In this document: positions 1 to 13,152 of the stretch, piece after piece | Position numbering within the stretch: position 1 is the first letter of the stretch | Layout: each line of letters starts with the position of its first letter | Source: the human T2T-CHM13v2.0 reference genome, Homo sapiens | Length of the DNA stretch: 64,000 nucleotides | Reading direction: 5' to 3' (one strand) | Assembly (NCBI RefSeq): GCF_009914755.1 | Contig: NC_060937.1 | Position numbers and translations under genes: made by a program | Notes under the pieces: model-generated | The model's database searches: none | Seen by the model: only the letters and a program-made list of their open reading frames with translations | Told to the model about the DNA's origin: nothing

Positions 1-252
1 CCTCCCCAGCTCCTTTTTGTTTTAACATCTTTAGTCAGCTTTGCCTCTTGAGGTCTCGTTCTCCTCACCTGCATGATCATTTCTCTCAAGCACAAACGCA
101 AAGAGTTTCCTTGGGGTGTACTCTCCTCCCCCACCCTCCAAAATGTCTCATTCCAAAAAGCAACACAAAGCAAAGAAAGTCTGAAATCTAGTTCCCACAT
201 TCTCCCCAGAAGGAAGAGATGCTTCATTGAATACCCTGCTTCCCTCAACCCC

Positions 253-254
<2 letters not shown>

Positions 255-294
<40 letters not shown>
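255..294. repeat. (CA)n microsatellite
   Basis: About 20 uninterrupted AC units. Confidence 0.97.
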
Positions 295-299
<5 letters not shown>

Positions 300-1436
300 T
301 ACAGAGACATCAGAATTAATCTCTCCCTTCCATATGCTTATACTTCCTTTGGGCTTCCTCTGTGAGTGCCTTTCATGGGCTGCTGGGAGCATGTGACTTC
401 CCCTTTGCTACTCCTGAACTCCTTAAGGAATTCCACGTTGCGCCTTACCCCTCTCAGGAGCTCAAAATGCATTCCATTGTGTTGAAGTTTGACTTGAAAA
501 TGTTAGATGAGGACAGGATCCACAAACTTTAGTCTCATGATAAAATAAAATTCTCTAGGGAGACTGGAACAGCTATAGCATTTGCATTTAAACAATTTGG
601 CAATTTCTGTGAGAAATTTGAGCTCTAGAAGGCCACATGGACAAATCCATAAATTCTGGCTCTCAGCTTCAGCTGTTGGGAACCGTAAAATTTTCATTCT
701 TGTTCGTGGCCTTTCAGTTTTCAAAGCACTGACTCCAGCTAAATATCCCGGGCACTGGGGGTTATTTGCTTAGGTCATTGCTGATTTGAAGAAAGTGAGT
801 GGGGCTGAACCAGCTTTTGCTTTTCACAGCTGTGAATCACAGCTGTGAATCCCCAGGGTGCTGAAATAACAGTACGGTGCGCTAATCCAATCTGTGCTTT
901 TCCTGGGGGCTGTCATTACTGCAAAATGAGGTGAGCTGGGTGGATGAAAAGCTCCAAGGTGGCTACAACACTGTACAGTTAGAAGTGGTGCAAAACCATG
1001 TCCAGGGCTTAATGAAGGGTTGTGATCAGAGGAGAAAGTAGCCAGGGACCCAGGGGCTATTCTACTATAGCCACTATATGTACTATACACACACACACAT
1101 ATATATACACTATAACCTCTATACATACTAATATACCTACTATATACAGTGGTATGTGTATATATCAATAATTACTTTGGCTACTACTGTAGTTACTCCC
1201 TGCTGTACTGTCAGTCTGTCCAGCGTTCGGCTCCCCTATTCCCACCACACTGGCCTCTTTCAGCACCTTGAGTGTGTCATGCTGGCTCCCAAGTCAAATC
1301 GTATAGACAGGCCCCTTTCTTAAAGCCCACCTCGCCATGATGGAAGACAAGCCCCTCTTACAATACCAGATGCCATAGTGATTGCTGGAGTGGTATATCC
1401 ATTACAAGCCCTTTTTGGTATATCAATGAATCTCAC

Positions 1437-1827
1437 TGTTGTTGACTGAATTGTGTCCCTCTGAAATTCATATGTCACCCTCAGCACCTCAAAGTATGAC
1501 TGTATTTGGAGACAGAGCCTTTAAAGAGGTGATGAAGTGAAAACGAGGTCATTAGGCTGGGCCCTAATCCAGCATGACCAGTATCCTTATAAGAAGAGGA
1601 GATTAGGACAAGAGACAGGTACAGGGGAAAGACCATGTGAGGACCCATTGAGAAGGCAGTCATCTAAAAGCCAGGGAGAGGGGCCTCAGAAGAAACCAAC
1701 CCTGCTGATCAACCCAGCTTGATCTTGGACTTCTAGCCTCCAGAACTGTGAGAAAATAAATTTCTGTTGTTTAAACCACCCCATCTATGGTATTTTGTTA
1801 TGGCAGCCCAAGCCAACTAAGTAAGAC
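1437..1827 (+). mobile_element. MaLR solo LTR (MLT1B/C-like)
   Basis: Starts tgttgttgactgaattgtgtccc...aaattcatatg; contains gtatttggagacagagcctttaaagagg and ttggacttctagcctccagaactgtgagaaaataaatttctgttg. Confidence 0.85.
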
Positions 1828-2620
1828 GCTCATACAACATGGAACAGAATCCTCTCAAGACCTCTACTTGCACACAACATTCCATGGCTCCAACTTCTTA
1901 CACTTGGCTCCACTGGGCTGAGGAACACTCCGCTGTTCTACCTTGGGCCAGCTAATTGGCCCAGGCAGATAATCCAGACTGGTTAATCTCCGGTACCTGG
2001 CAGCCCACTTCCGTACAGTGACCAAATATTAAGAGGTAGGGGTTAATTGAGGCGCCCGTAATCCATGCTGACTGCCTGTCTCTGTGTCTACATGGTACCA
2101 AAGGTTAAAAAGTATTAAGAACCTTAACCATGAACTTGAGGTTCCAGGGTTACAGACTTGATGCCCAATCCTATCCTCAAACATAATACTTGCTTTCATC
2201 CCTGGAGCCAACTCGTGGATCTGAAGTTTCTCAAAGAGAAAAGCTTGTCATAAGACTGGTCAGCTGTCTGATATCAAGGCCTTTTATGGGAATCAATCAA
2301 TGATTATTCATCAGTTACCCCTGGCACTGTGGGAATTTCAAGGAAATATTATACTTGGCTCCTGTCCTCAACATGGTGACTGTATAGTTGGGATTGATGT
2401 GGTTTAAGATCTTCAAAAGTTAAACAAAAATAAAGGAACTGAGTAACTAAGCAAAGGTCAGAACTGATGCCTGATTCTGTCTCTCATTAGCAGTGTGATC
2501 TAAGCAAATTCTTCAACCTCTGAGTCTCAGGGGCCTTCCTTGGCCCAGTGAGGATAAGAGAACCTTCCTCACAGGGTTATTGTGAGAATGAAACAAAACA
2601 CCATACATAAGAAGTACCCA

Positions 2621-2922
2621 GGGCAGAAATGGTGGCTCACACCTGTAATCCCAGTGCTTTGGGAAGCTGAGGAGGAGCATCACTTGAGGCCAGGAGTTCA
2701 AGATCAGCCTGGGCAACATAGCAAGGCTCCATATCTACAAAATAATTTTTAAATATAGCATGGCATGGTTGTGAGTCCCTGTAGTCTCAGCTACTCAGGA
2801 GGCCCAAGGGGAAGAATCCCTTGAACCCAAGAGTTCAAGGTTACAGTGAGCTATGATTGCACTACTGCATTCCAGCCTGGGTGACCGATCAACACCCTGT
2901 CTCTAAGAAAAAAAAAAAAAAA
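2621..2922 (+). mobile_element. Alu (old, AluJ-like), inserted into a MIR remnant (~2480-2960)
   Basis: ggtggctcacacctgtaatcccag, two arms, A-tail. Confidence 0.92.
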
Positions 2923-3493
2923 GTTTTCAACTAAGTGCTTGGCACCTAGTAAGTGCTTCATTTAAAAAAAAAAAAGAAAATCAACAAGTGCAGGCCAAGT
3001 AGGCAACAGCAGTGAGTGGGAGATGGTCACAGGACCTTGTTCTAGTGTTTGCCCAGTATTTACTGAGGACTTAGTATGTGCTGGAAACCTAGCTCTGTGT
3101 TAGAAACACAAGAAAGACCTGGTTACAAGCTGCTCCCAGTCTGGTGGAGGCAGGCAGGTAAACAAGAAATAAGAGACCAGTACTGAGTAGGACTTGGGGT
3201 TTGTATAATCCTGACTCATCAGGCCATTCACTGAAGAGGCTAAAATGAGCCCATGAGGCCGGGGATCATTTTGACACACATGCTCAGAAGGGTTTATTGA
3301 GGTTCCTACCTCACTTTGCAAATTGGTGTTTTGTCTATAACGGCACCTTAGGGGTCTATCTGGGCAAGGGTAAGACCTGAATTCAGGTGGGGATACATTG
3401 TAGTTTTCTGTGGTCCATCTGGATTGAGGTAGGGTCCCAAGCAGACCCAAGAGATTTCGGGAGTCATAGTCTAGCTCCTTGACAAGGGCTAGT

Positions 3494-3548
3494 GTACTAG
3501 TTGGTGTCCTCCAAACAGAACCAATAGGAGATTATCTATCTATCTATC

Positions 3549-3596
<48 letters not shown>

Positions 3597-4084
3597 GTAC
3601 ACACACACACACACACACATACCTATTGAGAGAGTGAGATTAAGAGATTTATTATAAGCTACTGGCTCACACAATTATGGAGGCTAAGTCACAAGATCTG
3701 CTGTCTGCAAGCTGGAGACCCAGGAAAGCCAGCGGTGTCATTTGAATGAAGGTCTGAGAGTGGGAGAGCTGATGGTATAGATTTTGGTCAAAATCTGAAG
3801 ACCTGAGAAACAGGAGCACCGTGGGCTGGAGATCAATGTCCTAGCCCAAGCAGTCAGATAAAGAGCAACTTCAACCTTCCTCCATCTTTTTATGATTCAG
3901 GCTAACAATGCATTGGATGATACACGCCCACGTTGGGGAGGGCCATCTGCTTTATACAGTTCAACAGTTCCAGTGCTAATCCCTCCTGGAGATGCCCTCA
4001 CAGACACACCCAGAAAGAATGTTGAACCAGGTATCTGGACATCTCATACCCCAGGCAAGTTGACACACAAAATTAACTATCACA
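3494..4084 (-). mobile_element. ERVL LTR (MLT2-like) with internal (TCTA)n/(CA)n
   Basis: aacagaaccaatagga ... ttattataag..ctggctcacacaattatggaggct ... aagttgacacacaaaattaactatcaca. Confidence 0.85.
3533..3618. repeat. (TATC)n tetranucleotide followed by (CA)n
   Basis: Directly visible compound STR. Confidence 0.95.
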
Positions 4085-4239
4085 GCTAGGTAAACTGTCA
4101 TCACTTAGACCAAGCACAGCCAGAATCCAGGGATAGTCACTGGTCTCAGAATGGGGCCTGTACCTGAGATGGAAGCATCAGAAACCCTAGGAACAAGGAG
4201 CGTGTAACAGGAAGAGGGGAGGCATTAAAGACAGTTGTA

Positions 4240-4455
4240 GTTACTGCTTAGTGGAGAATTTATTCTATGCCAAGTGCTTTCTAGGAGTCATCTCCCCTGA
4301 GCGTCACAGCAACCTTAAGGGGTAAGTCTTTATTACCCCTGTTTTACAGAGGAATCAGAGGCTTGGAGAACTTAGGAAGCAACCCAAGATCTCATAGCTA
4401 GAGAGATCAGCAACCCAGCCCAGGTGTGACTCTGAAGTTCACATCTTTAACCTCT
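4240..4455 (-). mobile_element. MIR SINE fragment
   Basis: ttattacccctgttttacagaggaatcagaggcttggaga is MIR-core-like. Confidence 0.65.
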
Positions 4456-5619
4456 CCACCCCACTGCCTACAGGCGAGGCCCCTGGCATTCAGCAAACAA
4501 GGGCTCAGGCCAGCAACACTCTCAGGATAACAATAGCAAGACTGACTCCATTTCTTACCCACGGTGGGAGATAGATTCTTCCTGTATTTACTGACCTGGT
4601 CAGCACTGGCTTCTGAGCCAGGGAGGCAGAGTTCATAGGTGCCTTGCTTCAGTTACTTCTGTTGAGGAGGGTAGGGGGAGACAGTTGTTAAGACCTAACA
4701 GCAATAACAGGTAAGAAGTGAAAAATTCAGGGCCTACATTTCCTCCATTCAAATCTATAAAATAAACATTTGAATGGCAAACTGTGTTTTCTACTTCCTA
4801 CCTGGATGCTCTGATAAACAAACTCTAAATTATCTTCTTTTTCTCATGTTTAGGAGTTTTCCGGTGCTTCACAATCATTCTGATCATTCTTAGTGATATG
4901 GTGAACTCTGAGAAGAAATGGCTTATGTTTCTTCCTGCATGTCATCCATCCATGTAGATTTCATGAGGAGTTTTAGCTGGAAGAAGCAAGCCAGAGAATG
5001 CATCTTGTAGTACCAGTCACTAGAGATGTTTATTTCATAAAGAGAAGTGTTGTGATGTTCACACCTATGAAACCAGTTGAAGTGGGCTTCCCGCCAGAGG
5101 ACGGCCGACAACGACCAACACAGTAGATGTGAGGATGTCCCATATCCAGAAACCAGATCTAGCCCCTATCTTTGGTACCAGAGGGAGGGACCCAGGCATT
5201 TTTAGGGCCTGTCCAAGCCCGAGCAAGAAGGAAATCAAGGCTTAGGCCATGCTGGGGTTTCAGGCACAGGGACAGGGCATGGGTATAGATAGAGCCAGCC
5301 CATAGCGGCACTGGAGTCAATCAATGGCCAGTGCAGGGCAGCGTGGAAGGACTCAACACCCAATTCCAGAGATAAGACAGCAGATCTGCAGCAGAGTCTG
5401 GATGGCATGGAGTAAGCCAGGTGTGCCTGGAACAATGGCCGGAGGAGACAGGTGCATGGGCCACACTTTTTACAGTAACACGCTCACTGCCGGCATGAAT
5501 CTCCAGACTGGAGGAGAGAGGCCTGTGAGGAATGCCCCCTTGTTTACACACATCCCAAAGCAGCTCCCTGGCTCTGCCAACAGGGCTGGACATCTCCAAA
5601 CAGGGTGATAAATCCTTGA

Positions 5620-6070
5620 ATTCATTTCCTAGGGCTGCCATAGCATAGTACCACACACTGGGTGACTTAGAACAACAGAAAGCTACTGTCTCACAGTTCT
5701 GGAGGCCAAAAGTCCAAGATCAAGGTGTGGATGGGGTTCATCCTCCTGAGGGCTGTAAAGGAGGGTCTGTTCCTTGCCTCTCTCCTAACTGCAGCTGCTT
5801 TGCAGCAATCCTTGGTGTTCCTTGGCTGGTAGAGACATTGCCCCACCTCTGCCTTCATCTTCTCATGGCCTTCCCCCATGTGCTGTCCCTGAGTTTCCCC
5901 TTCTTATGAGGACACCAACCATAGGGGATTAGGGTCAGCCCAGTGACCTCATCTTAACTTGACCACATCTGCGAAGACCCTGTTTCCAAATAAGAGCACA
6001 TACGGAGGTGCGAGGGGTTAGGACCTCAACATGCCTTTTCGCAGGGGGCGATACAGTTTAACCCATAACA
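5620..6070 (-). mobile_element. MaLR solo LTR (MLT1-like)
   Basis: tttcctagggctgccatagcatagtaccacacactgggtgacttagaacaacagaaa...tcacagttctggaggc...aacccataaca. Confidence 0.85.
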
Positions 6071-6094
6071 CACTTCTTTACCATGCTTTGAGCA

Positions 6095-6260
6095 ATCAGT
6101 GTTCCTCAAACCTAGCTCCCATTAGGTATTAAAAAATACCCATGTCTCTACCCCATCCCCAGAGATTCTGACTCAGTTGAGCTGGGATGGGGCCCAGGTA
6201 TCAGTAGTTTCTAAAAGTTCCTCCAGGGGACCCAAAAGTGTGGCAGGTTTGTGCACCTCC
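6095..6260. mobile_element. MER5-like hAT DNA transposon fragment
   Basis: cagtgttcctcaaac...ccccagagattctgactcagt...ggggcccagg. Confidence 0.55.
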
Positions 6261-9200
6261 ATCCTGGGGGTGAAACAAGGTGAGCAGCCAGAGACGGGAG
6301 GACAGAGTCAACAGCGGGAGAACCAGTCTCCTCTTCCCTGCTGGCAGGAGCTAGCAGCCTTGGAGAGAGCACTTGGATTAAAATCATCAGCTCTTTGGAG
6401 CAATATTAAATGATGGCTCTCAGTGTCTTGGGATGAGGGAGTCCAGGGCTTTTGGGCTTTTGAATCACTAAATAAAAAAGGCATAACTAATCTTCCTCTC
6501 CATGAAGATCCATTTGCCTGGGCCAACCCTGAGGAGAGTCCTGGTGTTTTTGGAACATACAATTGCTTACCAAGCCAAAAAGCCAAGGGTTTTAAGTCAA
6601 GCTGAATATTACAGAGAAGATTGAGGCTGGCTAACCTTGCTGCAAGGTAAAACAGGAGATCACAGCCACATGTCATCCAAGCAAGAGAAAATGCAATGAA
6701 AATCTACACTCATGTGGCAAACTCTTTCAACAGTCAGAGGCCTGATTGTGTGCCAGTCAAAATAATTTTGCTCTATTTTTAAACACTGTTGACATGAAAA
6801 CTGAATTAATAGGGGCTCAAATTTGAAGGGAGAAAAAGGTACCAAAATCCATAATAAACTGACAAGCTAATTAATGTATCCGAACAGAGGAAGGAAACCA
6901 TAGAAACAGATTGGAAATCACGTGGATTTCATTCATATGAGGGAGAAAGCAATTGAAATATTCTTGTGCAAATTAATTAAATTTATAATGCACCCAGAAT
7001 GCAAGTTGTTCTAGCTCCCTGCTGAGTCCTGTGGGAGAGGCTTAACATTGCCTCCTGACCAATAAGAATGTCTAAAATGCATTCTGACAATGTTTTAGAA
7101 GAAAAGACACACATGCAATTGGATCACTGTCATTGAGCCTCCTTGGGCCTGAGCTTACAAAGCCCTCAAATTCAGGTCCCAGTGGAGTCTAGTCACACTG
7201 AATGAGGGGTGGGCACTGTGGTGAGGATCAGGCCCGCCCTGGACTTTTCTTTCTCCTTATGCCCTCCATTCCAAGCTCCAGCCTGGGCAGACTCATATTA
7301 TACCCTGGGAATAACCAGGCCCCAGGGATGCTAAAGCCAGGATGTCTAGCCCATGTCAGAGCAGGTGGGTGGCAGAAGACTTTAGCTCCCCTTCCATTAT
7401 ACCCCAGAGGCAGCTGGCAGCCTGGCCCATGCTGAAAGCCACCTCCATGTCCAAGCCGAGGTGGGCAGGTGGTTTTAGAAGAACCACAAATTTTATAAGA
7501 CCGGGAATGTAGATGTAATTTGGCTAAATCAACTTTTAGACAAGATTGTTTCAGAAGTACCTGAAATTAGCTTTAAAAGATTTATTATTTTTGTTTTACA
7601 AATTCACCTTGGCTGGTGAGTATTAGTTAATATTATTTTGGTTACAAATAACAAAAACCCACTTAATGAGGGAAAAAAGAATTTTTTGGAAGGAAAAGCT
7701 CAGAGAATTCGAAGGAGAGTTGAATAACTGGGGTTCAGAAAGGAATCTGTGACAGCTTGGGGCCCAAAGTAGGAGACTCAGGTGCTTTGCCCACTCCCAG
7801 CCTTTGGGTTTCTTACTTCTAATCTAAGAGAGAAAAACCTATAAGGCAGTGGGCCAGGTGCTCTGTCTTGGCCAACTATCTAGGCCAGAGTTGCTGTGTA
7901 ACAAGGTACAAACCTGGCTACCAGGGCCTGCCCCTGTGGATCTGGGCAGGCAATGGAAGGGCCTTTGCAGCTATCTCAACTGCTGTCTACCAGCCAGTAG
8001 GGGCTGGGAAAAAGCTGAGCATGCCATATGCATTTATGCCCTTGGTCGTGCCTGAGTTCCTCTCTGCCTGGTGTGTGCCCTCGCCTCCCCACCCCCTGCC
8101 AATCCTTCGCAGCAACTCCTGGGTGAACCCTGGTCCTCTCCCTCCAAGTCACAACCGAGCAATTCTCCTTGAGGCTCCCACAGGCCTTGCTTCTGCCCCT
8201 CCTGAGCACTAAGGACAGCCCTGTCTCAGCCTTCTACATGCTCTCCTGCAGGCTGTCCTATCCCTTTAGATTTATCCCCAATCTGGTCTCCACCTGCTCC
8301 ATCCCACATGCAGCTCTGACGAGGCCACTCTACAGATCAGACACTTGAGGGATGGGATGCACTTTCCCTCTAAGGAAATAAGAACCCTCTCCAACCAAGC
8401 CCCTGCCTTGTTTTACATCCCCTCCCCTCCTGAAAACCTTTTCTGCCCAGTACTCGCTCTGCTGACATTAGGCACCCCTGCTCTAGGGCCCCAGGCATGG
8501 CTCCAACAGCACACTCACCACATGATAGAAATTCAGTCTCCCTCCCACTCAGACTCGATGCTACATATGATTGCTTGATTTCTAAAAATCACTTGCACCC
8601 AGCCTAAGGCCTTCGCCCAAAATCTATGCTGAAAAAGTAATAATTTTGGATGAATGGATGAATGAATTAATATATGCATGAGTGAATTAATATTTTTTGT
8701 TATAGTTAATTGATTTCAGCCTCTCTTCTCCACAAAGATGCTAAGTTTTCCAGATCAGACATGGTGTCCGAGTCAAATTCATTTTCAGCTTATACATACT
8801 AAGGAGTCCAGCAGTGCTTGTTCCTGTCCCCTTTCCACACAACTCCCTTTGTTGTGCCTTCAGCCCTGGAGCACTCCATAAATGTTAGATGAAAGGATAC
8901 TCTTCTGAGATTCTGTGACTGGTGCAGATGTGGCTTGTGTCCTTGAGGACTAGGTCTGGGCTGGGAGCCCTTGCCTAATGCCAGATAGAAACAGCCTACG
9001 TGCTAGTATTAAAACTCCACAGTCATTCAGCTGGAGATTTTCCCTTAAGTCACAGTCATAGGTTCAGGAAATCCTTGATCACAACTTACCCAGGGAGGTG
9101 TTCAAATGTTCCCTCCCTTACCCCATATGGAGCAAGAGCTGAGACTCAGGAGTCAGGGAACCAGGCCAGTCTCACCCTCTGCAGGACTTTGTCCACACCT

Positions 9201-10482
9201 CCAGTAACTGTTCTCACTGCACCTGTCCTTTCCCTGCCATAACAGTAATTACATTGCTCTCCACAGTATGATTCGTGTGCTGACTATACACCCACAGGAC
9301 GGTGACTCCCTGTGCAGACAGGTACTATGCGTATCCTCTTCCCTGCCAACTCTCAGCACCTAGCACCATGCCTGGCACATGGAGATGCTCAGTAAATATT
9401 TATTTAATAAACAAAAAAGAAGGAAGGAAAGACAGAAAGGTACAATGTGGGCAGAGGATGGACAGACCAATGGAGAGAGAGAGGGGCAGAGAGAAGGCAG
9501 GCAAGAAGGAAATTTTTCTTACCTCAGTTTCCCCATCTGTGAAAATGAGCCAACAATTCCTGTCTCCCACGGTTGCTGGGATGATTAAATACATTGACTA
9601 TTTTCTCCTTCTTCTGTCTTCCTGTAACCTTTGTACACACTATAATTACAAAACTTAATACAGATATTTGTTGGCATGTCTGTCTCCCTGTTAAACTGTG
9701 AGCTTCTCTAGAGCAGGGACTGTTTCTTCTTTCACCCGGGTAAGCCCTGCATCAGCTGCTGGCACCCGGCACCAGCAAGCTCTCAGCACCACCTGTGTGC
9801 TTTCTGCCCTCTCGGGAGTACTGAGGCCTGCCATGCACTCGCCACAGGGGACCTGGCTGAGGCAGCCAACCCAGATGTCCACCCAGCGCCCACCCTCCCA
9901 CCGTGCCCCCCACCAGCCCAGCTCCGTAGCCTCAGCTGCCTCCCTTAATGAGCAGAGATGAACTGAATACCCTGCCCAGGCCTGCAGAGGGGCACGCAAT
10001 GGGAGAAGCAAAATGTGAGACCAGTGGGGAATCAGAACAATGTTGCTGTTGTGGTAAGAACAAAGTGCCAGGACTCATGGGCCCACCTGCTATTTTGCAT
10101 AAATTTGCATCCCAGACTCAGTGAGTTCTTCTCAAGCTTATTGTGTGGTCAAAGCTCCCCTCACTGGTGGGCGTGGCCAGCCTCACTCTCACCCCAGGAT
10201 TTCAGACCAGAGGGCCCTGCCGCTACCTCCAGGGCTTGGCTCACTCAGCCCTGACGCCCAGTGCTGTGGCCGTGGCCGTCCCTAGTGGGTGGAGGACCTC
10301 CTAGAACCGGCAGTGGGTTATGTTTCTCCAGGAGACTTACCTTCCTATTGATGGCAGGTTTTGCCCTTGTTCAAACAAGTTTGCATTCCCAGCTTTTACA
10401 ATAAGTAACAGCAGGCTTCAGGGGCATGGAGAAGGATCTGGAGGTTTCAGAAACTGAGATTCACCACCTTTACCATCCTTGC

Positions 10483-11021
10483 TATGATGGTTAATTTTAT
10501 GTGCCAACTTTTCTGGACCATAAGGTGCCCAGATAGTTGGTCAGACATTTATTCTAAGTGTGTCTGTGAAGATGTTTCTGGATGAGATGAACATTTGAAT
10601 TGGTTGATTATGGAAAGCAGATTGCCCTCCTGCATGTGGGTGGCCCTCCTCTCTTTTGGAAATCCTGAATAGAATAAAAGGTTGAGTAGCAGGGAACTTC
10701 ATCCTGAGTGCCTCTAGCTGGGACACTGACACATTGGTGGTTTTCTGCCTTTGGACTCAAACTGAAACGTTGGCTCTTCTGGGTCTCAAGACTGACAGCC
10801 TTCAGACAAGAACTGCACCATTCACTCTCCTTGGTCTCCAGCTGGCTGACTGCAGGTCTTGGGACTTCTCAGCCTACATAAACATATGAGCCAATTCCTT
10901 CTCTCTCTCTCTCTCTGTCTCTCTCTCTCTAGCTCTCACTCTGTCTTCTGTGCTCTGTGTGTGTGTGTGCGCGCGCGCACGTGGGTTGGTTCTGTTTCTA
11001 TGGAGAGCCATCTGTAATACA
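10483..11021 (+). mobile_element. ERVL LTR (MLT2-like) with (CT)n/(TG)n(CG)n tract
   Basis: tatgatggttaattttatgtgccaactt ... atgagccaattcctt(ct)n ... ggttctgtttctatggagag...taataca. Confidence 0.85.
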
Positions 11022-11321
11022 CTTGCTGGGGAGAACATAGTGTGGTCATGGACAACAGGCTCAGGCCTGCCCTCCTGCCTTTATGCACCCTCCTGAGGGT
11101 ACCACCACCCCACTGCCACCAGAGTCAGTGCTAGAGCACAGACACATGCATACCTTTGCACACACATACTTGTCCCCAGCCCTTCCCCCTCAACTCAAAT
11201 TTCTTTCTTCCTCTGAAAGAGATACCTTCCCAACAATACCCAACAATATCACTGGATGAGGGGAATTTTAAGGACTTTTGGTTTTTCTCCTTTATATTGT
11301 TCTATTTTGTTAAAATATTTT

Positions 11322-11642
11322 TCTTTTTTTATGATGTTTGTTTGTTTGTTTGTTTCTTTGAGACAGAATCTCACTCTGTCACCCAGGCTGGAGTGCAGTG
11401 ATGCAATTTCGACTCACGGCAACCTCTGCCTCCTGGGTTCAAGCAATTCTTGTGCCTCAGGCTCACGAGTATCTGGGACTACAGGCATGTGACACTATGC
11501 CCAGCTAATGTTTGTATTTTTGGTAGAGACAGGGGTTTCTCCATATTGGCCAGGCTGGTCTCAAACTCCTGGCCTCAAGTGATTCCTCCACCTCGGCCTC
11601 CCAAAGTGTTGGGATTACAGGCATGAGCCACTGTGCCCAGCC
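11322..11642 (-). mobile_element. Alu with target-site duplication
   Basis: Reverse Alu (gagacagaatctcactctgtcacccaggctgg...) flanked by aaaatattttt on both sides. Confidence 0.93.
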
Positions 11643-11790
11643 AAAAATATTTTTCAAATCACCATAAAGAACATTTACCTGACAGGATCATTATAAAGAT
11701 TAAATGAGATAATGCTTGTAAAAGGCTTTGCACAGCATTTCTCAATAAAAATAGGCTCTTATTTTAGAAATCTAATTAAAAATAATAATA

Positions 11791-13152
11791 CAGTTATGCA
11801 CTGCACAATAACATTTCAGTCAATGACAGACCACATACACGACAGTGGTCCCATGAGATTATAATGGAGTTGAAACATTCCCAGCACCTAGTGATGTCAT
11901 AGCCATCATAAAGTCATAGCATAACTCATTACTCACATGTTTGTAGTAACGCTGGTGTAAGCCAATCTGCTGTGCTGCCAGTCATATAAAAGTATAGCAC
12001 ATGCAATTATGAACAGTACATAATACTTGATAATAAATTACTCTGTTTCTGGTTTATGTATTTACTATACTAACTTTTAATCCTTATTTTAGAGTGTACT
12101 CCTTATACTCATGAAAAAAAAATGTTAGCCGGGCATAGTGGCCCATGCCTATAGTCCCAGCTAGTCATGAGGCAGGAAGATCACTTGAGCCCAGGAAATG
12201 GAGGCCAGTTTGGGCAATCTGGACAAGACGCTGTCTCTACAAAAAGAAAAAGTTTTTAAAACTTTTTTAAAGACTGTAAAACAGCCTTTGTTAGGTCCTT
12301 GAGGAGGTATCCAGAGGAAGGAAGTGTTGTGATAGGAGGTGACAGCTCCATGCATGTTATGGCCCCTGAAGACCTTCCAGTGGGACCAGAAGTGGAGGTG
12401 GAAGACAGTGATATTGATTATCCTGATCTTGTGTTGGCCGAGGCTAATTGCAGGTGTTTATATCTTAGTTTTTAACAAAAAAATTTAAAGAGTAAAAAAA
12501 AAATTTTAAATAGAAAAAAGCGTATAGAATAAGGACATAAAGAAAGAAAATATGTTTGCACAGCTCTACAATGTATTTGTGTTTTAAACTAAGTGTTATT
12601 GCAAAAGAGTCAAAAGTAAAACAAAATTTAAGTTTATATAGTCAAAAAATTACAGGAAGCTAAGGTTAATTTATTATTGAAGATAGAAAAATATTTTCTA
12701 AATGTAGTGTAGCCTATGGGTACAGTGTTTATAAAGTCTACAGTAGTGTACAGTAATGTCTTAGGCCATCACATTCATTCACCACTCACTCACTGACTCA
12801 CCCAGAGTAACTTCCAGCCCTGCAAGCTCCATGCATGGTAAGTGCCCTATACAGGTGCGCCATTTTAAAGTCTTTTATACTGTATTTTTACTATGCCTTT
12901 TCTATGTTTAGATTTGTTGAGGTACACAACTACTTCCCGTTAGGTTACAATTGTGTACAGCATTCGGTATAGTAGCATGCTATTCAGGTTTGTAGCCTAG
13001 GAGCAATAGGCTATACCATCTAGCCTGGGTGTAGAGTAGGCTCTAACATCTAGGTTTGTGTAAGTGCACTTTGTGAAGTTTGCACAATGATGAAATTGCC
13101 TAACAGTGCATTTCTCAGAACCTATCCTTGTTGTTAAAGTGATGCATGATAG
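11791..13152 (+). mobile_element. Tigger3/Golem-type non-autonomous TcMar DNA transposon, near full length
   Basis: TA|cagttatgcactgcacaataacatttcagtcaatgacagaccacata ... gttgttaaagtgatgcatgatag|TA, i.e. degenerate terminal inverted repeats plus TA TSD. An Alu monomer interrupts it at ~12127-12252. Confidence 0.85.
12127..12252 (+). mobile_element. Alu monomer (FLAM-like) nested in Tigger3
   Basis: agccgggcatagtggcccatgcctatagtcccagcta...gatcacttgagcccagga...tctctacaaaaa. Confidence 0.8.
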
